This document shows positions 51,366 through 61,500 of a stretch of DNA of 64,000 nt, one piece after another. The notes under the pieces were generated by a model, which was not told where the DNA came from, did no database searches, and saw only the letters and a program-made list of their open reading frames with translations. The DNA comes from Nemertoderma westbladi (lineage: Eukaryota > Animalia > Xenacoelomorpha). Both the position numbers and the translations under genes were made by a program. The stretch is taken from assembly GCA_032718475.1 (NCBI GenBank), contig JAUCBJ010008242.1, positions 77,589 to 141,588 of the forward strand, read 5' to 3'. Every line of letters begins with the position of its first letter. Position 1 is the first letter of the stretch.

Positions 51366-52404
51366 ACTTTCCCACCAAACACTAAATTGGCACAAGGAAA
51401 ATTGTAAATTAAATAAGGTCGTTCCTAACTAGCAATTAAGTCTTCCGTAACTTGTTACAACATGAAAGAATAATTTTATATAGCTAAGTCTGTGTTATAT
51501 TTAATAAAACATCCATGTTTGCTTATTTATGTGCTCAATAGTTCGATATTTTCCAACTGAAGTATTTCATTAGAATAAAAATAAAATGTTAACGCACACT
51601 TTGTACTGAAGCCATTAAATTACAGTAGGCCTACGTCATAAAAAAGCTATAGTAAAGTTTAGATGTGTTGATCAAATCAAATTGTTCTAGAAAAAATCTT
51701 GGAATTAAAAAAAAAGCATACAAATTTGCTAATCAGCTTATCAGCTCAGGTGCGAACCCGGTCGGTTTCGCCTCACGATGGAAGGTATTCTCAGGAGGCT
51801 AAGCTAAGAGATTACATTTAGAGTGTGAAGTCCCAATGGGAGAAGGAACGGGCAATGAAACACTCTGCGGGTCGATGTCTCCCGTCGGAGAGCCGAGGTC
51901 ATTCGGGACGAGGTTGTCAGCTGCATCCGCCCAATCTGTTCTATAATGCTATGTCATTTTAGTTGAGCTGTCAATGCAACTGTAATTAATGATGCAATAT
52001 TATGGTATTGTTATGAAACGAACTGTAGGTAAAACGCTGGTTTAACCACCGGTTACGTGCTTCCTAATTTTCTTCAATTTCTGAACAAAACCATATTATT
52101 ATTTCATTTAATAAGATACTGTATATTCGTCTGGCGGGAGATTTAAACATTTTCTATAAAGCCAAGCGACTATTACCACTTTTCACCTACTTCATTGTGT
52201 CACGCTGTGGCAGTGTGGTGTGTGTGTAGCGAAACGATGTAGCGTAAAGCCCGCAGCTGATCCCTATTAGTCACTAGTGCCCAGCCCATGACCTATGTTA
52301 TTGTTATGTTATGTTATTAATATCGCCAGAATAACAATAACATATTAAATTTTGCACACAGTAGAATGACAATTACTGAATTATGAACATATCTGGCAAA
52401 GTAC

Positions 52405-53672
52405 GCTAATAAGCGTGTGGGGCGAGCCACGAAGTTGGCGGAGCCTTAGCGAATTGACACTGTTAGGGGGTGGGTCAATTTATGCAAATAGTTGTCGTCG
52501 TCGTCGTCGTCGTCGTTGTCGTCGTCGTCGTTGTCGTCGTCGTTACGATTTTGACATGCTAATAACTTTGTCGGATTTAAAGCTGCCAAGTTGAAAATTT
52601 GTAGGTATCAATATGAGCAAAAGTTGAGATTTTTGAGAGACTTTCAGACACCATCAGTGCAATGGTCTCCCGCTAGAGGGCCACATGTCTAAACATTAAA
52701 TGCCCTCCCATTTCTTTGCTTTTATTCCGTTTAAGCTGAAACTTGGGAAGTATGTACTAGACCATTAGCTGTAAATTTCAAAGGAGGCTAATCTGTCTGC
52801 AGTTCTCCAGTCTGCCGCTAGAGGGCGAAATGTCCCGAATGTGAAATTATTCTTCCATTTAGTTGTTTATGATCTGATTACGCTGAAACTTGTCATATAT
52901 GTACTAGATGACATCCTGAGTCTTTGTGTGGATTGTAATCGGTCCGAAGTTTTCCAGTCTGCCGGTAGAGGGCCACATGTCTAAACATTAAATGGCCACC
53001 CATTTTCTTTGCTTTTATTCCGTTTAAGCTGAAACTTGGGAAGTATGTACTAGACCATTAGCTGTAAATTTCAAAGGAGGCTAATCTGTCTGCAGTTCTC
53101 CAGTCTGCCGCTAGAGGGCGAAATGTCCCGAATGTGAAATTATTCTTCCATTTAGTTGTTTATGATCTGATTACGGTGAAACTTGTCATATATGTACTAG
53201 AAGACATCCTAAGTCTTTGTGTGGACAGTAATCGGTCCGGAGTTTTCGAGTCTGCCGCTAGAGGGCGAAATGTAGGAAAGTGATAACCTTCGCGAATTCC
53301 TTGATCTTAATCTATTTAAGCTGAATTTTGGAATATACAGTACCGGTATGTACTAAACCACATGCCTCATCTTTGTGAGGAAGGTGATCGATCCGTAGTT
53401 CTTTAATATGCCGCTAGAGGGCTAAATGTATGAAAGTGAAAACCTTCCAACATTTCGTTATTTATGATCCGTCAATCGGAAACTTGGTAGATATGTAATA
53501 GACCATAGGCTGTGGCTTTGTAGGGAAACTAATCCTTCCTTCTTCAGTTACCCAGTCTCCCGCTAGAGGGTTAACGTTTTCCGGGAAAATCTTCTCCTAT
53601 GTTTTTATAATCCTTTCGAGTTGATACTTAGCATTAACTCATTTCACGTGCTGCGCGAAGGCCCCACTTCGT
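52405..53672 (+). mobile_element. HINE/DINE-1-like (Helentron-derived) non-autonomous element
   Basis: Subterminal inverted GTGGGGC / GCCCCAC, (GTC)n microsatellite at 52491-52545, then about 7 units of ~150 bp each ending CCGCTAGAGGG, including an A-B-A-B duplication. Class is inferred from architecture. Confidence 0.65.
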
Positions 53673-53837
53673 GTATGTTATGTACTGTACTGTTATTACA
53701 GCCTACTGCTACAACTTTATATAAGTCATCCTGCTCCTACAGTGCATACTGCTGGACTGTTTCCTACAGGTTTATTTTGAGTAGAGTGAATCAATGTTTG
53801 AGTGGCGCATTGCGGTTTCAGATCGGATGCAATCGCA

Positions 53838-54050
53838 ATGACGTCTGAAGGGAATCTGCCGACTGCTGCCGATATTCTGGGAGGAGAGTATAGTCCGGAG
53901 AGAGTATTCGCTGTAACTCCTCTTACCGACTGTCCGCATTTATCGGAAGTGGCCACCGTTCCCGATGTTGGATTGGATACTAAACTCAAGTGTTCCACGG
54001 TGGGATGCAACGAACGGAGCGAGAACTGGGTGTGTCTCAGTTGCTATAAG
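53838..54050 (+). CDS. HDAC6-type ZnF-UBP (BUZ) domain protein, first visible coding exon
   Basis: Acceptor tttcag at 53821, ATG at 53838; FAVTPLTDCPHL..GLD..C..ENWVCLSCYK|gtaggc matches the HDAC6 C-terminal domain (AVTPL.WCPHL..ENWVCLSCY). Confidence 0.88.
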
Positions 54051-54277
54051 GTAGGCGCGAGAACTGGGTGTGTCTCAGTTGCTATAAGGTAGGCACGAGA
54101 ACTGGGTGTGTCTCAGTTGCTATAAGGTAGGCGCGAGATACTGGGTGTGTCTCAGTTGCTATAAGGTAGGCGCGAGATACTGGGTGTGTCTCAGTTGCTA
54201 TAAGGTAGGCGCGAGATACTGGGTGTGTCTCAGTTGCTATAAGGTAGGTACGAGGACTGGGTGTGTCTCAGTTGCTA
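54021..54277 (+). repeat. 38/39-bp tandem repeat of the exon end plus splice donor (6 donors)
   Basis: gaga(t)actgggtgtgtctcagttgctataag|gtaggcgc repeated, with GT at 54051, 54089, 54127, 54166, 54205 and 54244. Confidence 0.95.
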
Positions 54278-55434
54278 CATATTGAAGCAAATTGAAACTA
54301 ATTGAAGCAATTAAAGCTAATCGTACTTGTAACTCATCTCCCAGGTGACCTAAGTTGGATTGGAGTAACACATCTCCTGAGTCACTTAATAATTAGGCCT
54401 AGGCTTTTAAAGTTAAAAGCCAACATGATACCTATTTTGTTGATAATGAATTTGTAGACTGTACAGATCCCCATTGCAGTAATAGTTCTCATAGAATCGA
54501 TATTGATAATTTTTTTAATATAATACTTTAAACTCTTGTGCTAATGAAACTATTAAATGTAAAACGTCTATGTCATCTGCCACATCCCTGGGTGGAATGA
54601 CTTTCTGACAGACATGACGACGCCAGAAATAAGTTTTTATCCTGTCAGATCATCCGGGTCGCGTATTCCCAATCCTTACACCAGTAGGAACACATCTTGT
54701 ATTGGTGCCTAGGATAGGTTAATGAGCTATATTTTGATTGGATGTTGAAATCATGTAAGGAATGGAGAGAGGGGTCGAACTAGTGAAAGGGTTTTTTATT
54801 CAGTTGGCAGATAAAAAGTGTTCCAAACGCTGTAAGGAGTGGAGAAATTGGGTGAAATCATATAAGGATTATCTGACTATTAAACAGTTCATTGTCAGGT
54901 AACAGATATATACGAATAGCAGTATACATATATTTGGAGTGGGAATAATGTTGTATAAGGAATCGTTTTACACACCATTTACTCCTCTGATCGAAAAGAT
55001 TGTAATTTAATAGAGTAGACATATCAAGTACCATGAGGTCGGCCGTTTACTTGCTATTGTAAGAGCTACTCGTCGGCGCGCTATTGCAGTTGGCTGCACA
55101 CGAATAGCAGACCGACTATTCCTAAGCAAACCTACAGTCTAACACTTGAACTCTGTGTAAAAAGTAATGATATTACTTGCTAAATTTATTACTCTCTCAC
55201 TCTATCCCAGACAGTAATCAAACATCAACTGTTGATGAATTGTGTAATGATGATAATGAATGATGAGGGAGCCAACTACACTACGTTTGTCTATATGGAC
55301 GGTCTCCTTATAGCCAGCTGGCTGGCTTTTCTAGTTGAATCATATTATTCTGCAATCAATAATTTACTCTTTTAGACGAATTTGTGCGTTTTTTGCGGGA
55401 ATAACAAATTTTGGCGACGTTCAGTGCGAGATTG

Positions 55435-56800
55435 GCGATATTTGACAAGATTCTGAGGCTCAAATATGTCGCTCAAATGACTGAATAGCCCAAATAAAAA
55501 AGTTGGTGCATACTCGACGAGTTGAAATCGGTGAAATTCGACATTAAATTTTCAAAACGGCTATTTTTCAGTGACCCCGTGATCGAAACGCCACAAAAAA
55601 TATCAGTCTTGTGCGCAACAAAAATCTATGTAGAGTTTGTTATTAAAATTTTTGCGTATCTGCTTGAGTTTTTGAGATATTGGATTGGATGGGGATGGTT
55701 ATACACACAAACACACACATCGTGTTTTTGAACGGCGCAACTCTTGACAAGAACTACCCTGGCCTATTAATAGGCAGGTTCGTTATGGCGATAGTTGAAA
55801 AGATTCTGAGGCTCAAATATGTCGCTCAAATGACTGAATAGCCCAAATAAAAATGTTGGTGCATACTCGACGAGTTGAAATCGGTGAAATTCGACATTAA
55901 ATTTTCAAAACCGCTATTTTTCAGTGACCCCATGATCGAAACGCCACAAAAAATATAGTCTTGTGGGCAACCAAAATTCATGGAAAGTTTGTTATTAAAA
56001 TTTTTGCGTACCTGATTGAGTTTTTGAGATATTGGATGGTTATACATACACACAAACACACACATCGTGTTTTTGAACGGCGCAACTCTTGACAAGAACT
56101 ACCCTGGCCTATTAATAGGCAGGTTCGTTATGGCGATAGTTGAAAATATTCTGAGGCTCAAATATGTCGCTCAAATGACTGAATAGCCCAAATAAAAAAG
56201 TTGGTGCATACTCGACGAGTTGAAATCGGTGAAATTCGACTTTAAATTTTCAAAACCGCTATTTTTCAGTGACCCCATGATCGAAACGCCACAAAAAATA
56301 TAGTCTTGTGGGCAACCAAAATTCATGGAGAGTTTGTTATTAAAATTTTTGCGTACCTGATTGAGTTTTTGAGATATTGGATGGTTATACATACACACAA
56401 ACACACACATCGTGTTTTTGAACGGCGCAACTCTTGACAAGAACTACCCTGGCCTATTAATAGGCAGGTTCGTTATGGCGATAGTTGAAAAGATTCTGAG
56501 GCTCAAATATGTTGCTCAGATGACTGAATATATCAATTAAAAAAATTGGTGCATACTCGACGAGTTGAAATCGGTAAAATTCGACTTTAAAGTTTCAAAA
56601 CGGCTATTTTTCAGTGAACCCGTGGTTGAAACGCCACAAAAAATTATACAGTTTGTGCGCAACCAAAATTCATGTAGAGTTTGTTTTTAAAATTTTTGCG
56701 TACCTGCTTGAGTTTTTGAGATATTGGAACCACATCATGTTTTTGAACGGCTCAACTCTTGACAAGAACTACCCTGGCCTATTAATAGGCAGGTTCGTTA
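55435..56800. repeat. Four head-to-tail copies of a ~345-bp element
   Basis: ggcgata.ttga.aa.attctgaggctc recurs at ~55435, 55787, 56132 and 56477; each unit has a CA-rich tract and ends ..ggcaggttcgttat. Confidence 0.9.
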
Positions 56801-56805
56801 TAATC

Positions 56806-57490
56806 AGTTTGGATTTAAGACAAAATTAGGTACGGAATTATGTATCTTTACACTTAAGGAGATACTTAATTACTATATTACTAACAATACGCCCATTTAC
56901 GTATGTTTGTTGGATGTCAGTAAAGCATTTGACAAAATAAATCATTTTATGTTATTTAGTGAACTGATATCGCGGGGTTTTCCATTATATGTAGTCCGCA
57001 TTATTTTATATTGGTATCGAGGCCAGTCGATGCATGTAACCTGGGGTGGATTTACATCTGCTAAGTTTACTGGTTACCAATGGTACTAAGCAAGACGGTA
57101 TTTTGTCGCCTTTGCTCTATAACATTTATATCGATGATTTAAGCAAGCAAATGTCCAGTGCTGATGTAGGTTGCGTTATTGGTGGAACCAGGATTAATCA
57201 CCTTGGTTACGGTGATGACTTATGTTTAATTAAAACTCTATTTTTGGTTTACAGCATTTAATAGATATATGTGTTACTTACGCAAATGGTAATTCTATAA
57301 CTTTCTATAAAAATAAAAGTAAGTGTTTATATTTTTATCCTGAGGGGTCGACAATTATAATTTGTGGCCCTAGTGTTTATCTTAATGGCTCTCATATTGA
57401 AGTCGTTGAGAAGTTTAACTTGGTCATATTGTACTCAGTACTTTAGATGACGACTACGATATCAGGAATCAAACTTGTAAGTATTTTAGC
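56806..57490 (+). mobile_element. Decayed LINE RT fragment
   Basis: LLDVSKAFDKINH, GTKQDGILSPLLYNIYIDDLS and NHLGYGDDL. Confidence 0.88.
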
Positions 57491-57625
57491 CCCATGCACG
57501 CCTGTCTATAAATGGTACAACATATAGTGCGCACATATTGTATTAAATACAAAATGTGCGCACAATTTTATAATCATAATCTAAATATTGTTAGTTTAAT
57601 CTAAATCTTTTATAATTTTTTCTAG

Positions 57626-57829
57626 GTTTACTGCAGTCGTTTCGTTAGTGGACACATGTTAGATCACAATAAGGAACACTCACAGCATTGTGTGGTTCTT
57701 AGCTACTCCGACTTCAGTGTCTGGTGTTACCAGTGCAACGATTACATTCATAATGCAGTGCTGCACGCAGCAAAATCCGCGGCACACAGGAGCAAGTTTG
57801 GGATTGACTACGATGGAGACGGACTATAA
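57626..57829 (+). CDS. HDAC6-type ZnF-UBP domain protein, last exon
   Basis: tttctag|VYCSRFVSGHMLDH..VVLSYSDFSVWCYQCNDYIH..AHRSKFG..TAA; phase 0, joins exon 53838-54050. Confidence 0.92.
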   Translation, partial: VYCSRFVSGHMLDHNKEHSQHCVVLSYSDFSVWCYQCNDYIHNAVLHAAKSAAHRSKFGIDYDGDGL

Positions 57830-58011
57830 GAAACTGATTGTATTTTATTAAACTATTTACATATTTACCCTAACCAATTTACATACTGTATTTACCCATG
57901 AAGTAAAGTTATTCAATTAAACGTTTTAGGTGCAATATAATAATACTGATATCCAGAATATTATGCCGTTAGTAGATAGAATATATAACGCGTAAAACAT
58001 ATAATTATCCT

Positions 58012-58170
58012 TCAGGAACTCTGTATTGTTAGAGTGCTGTGAAGGCCTTCCACCAACTGCACATAATATGGTTCCTTATCGGGGTCCAACAGTCCATTCC
58101 TTATAAGGTAGTCTAGAAACACTAAGGCTGAGTCGGCTTTAAACTCTGGGGATATCAGTTGGTCTTTTAC
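58012..58170 (-). CDS. Nudix hydrolase (YJR142W / Nudix-20-like), last exon
   Basis: tttcag|VKDQLISPEFKADSALVFLDYLIRNGLLDPDKEPYYVQLVEGLH..TGA resembles the family C-terminal motif FK..ALV.LDFLIRHG..P..EP.Y. Confidence 0.82.
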   Translation of the reverse strand, partial: VKDQLISPEFKADSALVFLDYLIRNGLLDPDKEPYYVQLVEGLHSTLTIQSS

Positions 58171-58345
58171 CTGAAATAATAAATTGTTTTGTCTAAGTGA
58201 AATTGAGTTAGGTATTTGAACCTACCGTATTGACTTTACTAACTAAATTAATTAATTATTTAATAAATTACAATTAAATCGTTACGTTCCATTTCGAGAG
58301 TTCCCTAATTAATCTAATTATCCTCGGGGGTTAATTAATAACAAC

Positions 58346-58478
58346 CTCGTCGATGGACATTAGGTAGAATCCTTGTACTTCGTTATCGTTCGGTTTGGGT
58401 TGCCATTCCCAGTCAACTTCAACGTCGAACACCCAAATAACATCCCGTATTAATCCTCGCCAATCTTCGAAAGATAAA
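58346..58478 (-). CDS. Nudix hydrolase (YJR142W / Nudix-20-like), penultimate exon; upstream exons beyond the window
   Basis: ctttag|T LSFEDWRGLIRDVIWVFDVEVDWEWQPKPNDNEVQGFYLMSIDE|gttgtt; phase 0 into the last exon. Confidence 0.8.
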
Positions 58479-58529
58479 CTAAAGAATATAAACATTTACT
58501 TAATTATAGTACCTCCAACCCTATAACCC

Positions 58530-61500
58530 ACATCATTTCACAACTCACCTCGGAGACAAAACACACATCAGAGACAAAACACACATTTAAGAACAAACAA
58601 ACCTCAGACCCAACACCCCTCAGACATCCAACTCACCTCATTCACACAACCCATCTCTGAGACAAGAGTGAGACCCAACCCATCTCACCTCAGAAACCCA
58701 ACCCAACTCAGAGACCCAATAACCCACCTCAGACACCCAACCCACCTCAGTCACACAACTCATCTCTGAGACAAGAATGAGACCCAACCCACCTCAGAGA
58801 GGCAAGCAACCCACCTCAGAGACCCAAGCAACCCACCTCAGATACCCAACCCACATCAGAGACCCAACCCACCTCAGAGACCAACCCACCTCAGTCACAC
58901 AACCTATCTCTGAGACAAGGGTGAGACACAACCCATCTCAAAGACCCAAGCAACCCACATCAGAGACCCAACCCACCTCCGCACAGACAATCCGACTCAG
59001 ACAGTCAACCCACCAGACATACAAGTCACCTCAGAGACCCATCCCACCTCAGATACCCAACCAACCTCAGAGACCCAACCCACTTCAGACACCCCTCCCC
59101 ACCTCAAAAACCCAACCCATATCTGAGACAAAAGTGAGACCCAACCCACCTCCGAGACCCAAGCAACCCACCTCAGATACACAACCCACCTCAGAGACTC
59201 AACCCACCTCAGAGACCCAACCCACCTCAGATACCCAATCCACCTTAGAGACCCAACCCACACCAGAAACCCAACCCACCTCAGAGACCCAACTCACCTC
59301 AAAGTCCCAACCCACCTCAGAGACACAACCCACACCAGAGACCCAACCGACCTCAGAGAACCAACCCACCTCAGAGACCCAAACCACCTCGGAGACCCAA
59401 CCCACCTCAAGCACCCAACCCACCTCAGAGACCCAACACACCTTAGACACACAATTCATCTCTGAGACAAAAGTGAGACCCAACCCACCTCAGAGACACA
59501 AGCAACCTACCTCAGATACCCAACATAACTCAGACACCCAATCCACCTCAGAGACCCAACCCACAGCAGAGACCCAACCCACCTCAGACACCCAACCCAC
59601 CTCAGAGACCCAACCCACCTCAGAGACCCAACCCACCTCAGACAGCCAACCCCCCTCTGAGACCCAACCCACACCAGAGACTTAACCCACCCCAGACACC
59701 CAACCCACATCAGACACCTAACCAACCTCAGAGACACAACCCACTTCAGACACCCAACCCACCTCAGAGACCCAACCCACCTTAGACACACAACCCATCT
59801 CTGAGACAAGAGTGAGACCCAAGCAACCCACCTCAGAGACCCAAGCAACCCACCTCAGATACCCAACCCACCTCAGAAACACAGCCAACACCAGAGACCC
59901 AACCCACCTCAGACATCCACCCCACCTCAGAGACCCAACCCACCTCAGATACACAACTCCCCTCAGAGACCCAACCCACCTCAGATGCACAATCAACCTC
60001 AGAGACCCAAACCACCTCAGATACACAACTCACCTCAGAGACCCAACCCCCCTCAGACACCCATCCAACCACAGACACCCATCCCACCTCAGACACCTAA
60101 CCAACCTCAGATACCCAACCCACTTCAGACACCCAACCCACCTCAGACACCCAACCCACCTTAGACATGTACAACCCATCTCTGAGACAAGAGTGAGACC
60201 CAACCCACCTCAGAGACCCAACCCACCCATAAACCCATCCTTTCTTAGAGACCCAACCCACCTCATACACCCATCCATCTTTAGATACCCAACCCACCTC
60301 ATGCACCCATCCTTCCTTAGAGACCCAACCCACCCCAGACACCCATCCTTCCTTTGAGACCCAACCCACCTCATACACCCATCCTTCCTTAGAGACCCAA
60401 CCCACCTCATACACCCATCCTTCCTTAGAGACCCAACCGACCCCAGACACTCATCCTTCCTTAGAGACCCAACCCACCCCATACACCCATCCTTCCCGAG
60501 AGACCCAACCCACCTCATACACCCATCCTTCCTTAGAGACCCAACCCACCCCAAATACCCATCCATCCTTAGAGACCCAACCCACCTCATACACCCATCC
60601 CTCCTTAGAGATCCAACCCACCTCATACACCCATCATTCCTTAGAGACCCAACCCACCCCATACATGCATCCCACCTCAAAGACCCAAACCACCCCATAG
60701 ACCCATCCTTCCTTAGAGACCCAACCCTCCCCATACATCCATCTCTCCTTAGAGACCCAACCCACCCCATACATCCATCCCACCTCAGAGACCTAACCCA
60801 ACCCACCACATACATCCACCCCTCCTTAGAGACCCAACCCAGCCCGTGCATGCCTCCCACCTCATACACCCATCCTTCCTTAGAGACCCAACCCACCTTA
60901 TACACCCATCCTTTCTTAGAGACCCAACCCACCTCATACAACCATCCTTCCTTAGAGACCCAACCCACCTCAGACACCCAACCCACGCCATACACCCATC
61001 CTTCCTTAGAGACCCAACCCACCCCATACAGCCACCCTTCCTTAGAGACCCAAACCACCTCATACACCCATCCTTCCTTAGAGACCCAACCTACCCCATG
61101 CATACATACACCCATCCTTCCTTAGAGACCCAACCCACCCCAGACACCAATCCTTCCTTAGAGACCCAACCCACCCCATACATCCATCCCACCTCGGAGA
61201 CAGAAACCCACCTCATACACCCATCCTTCCTTAGAGACCCAACCCACCCCAGATAACCATCCTTCCTTAGAGACCCAACCCACTTCATACACCCACCCTT
61301 CCTTAGAGACACAACCCACCCCGTACATCCACCCTCCTTAGAGACCCAAACCACCCAATACATCCATCCCACCTCAGAGACCCACCCACCTCATACACCC
61401 ATCCTTCCTTAGAGACCCAACCCACCCCAGACACCCATCCTTCCTTAGAGACCCAACCCACCTCATACACCCATCCTTCCTTAGAGACCCAACCCACCTC

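Noticed and set aside
55826-56440. Duplicated 89-aa ORFs as tandem genes
   Set aside because: They simply follow the 345-bp repeat unit, use non-ATG starts and are broken in the outer copies.
58777-59685. 302-aa mucin-like (TSETQP)n ORF and the many WVGSLR/GWVSKE ORFs
   Set aside because: They are by-products of 18/36-bp stop-poor satellite units, open in several frames on both strands and lying inside an intron.
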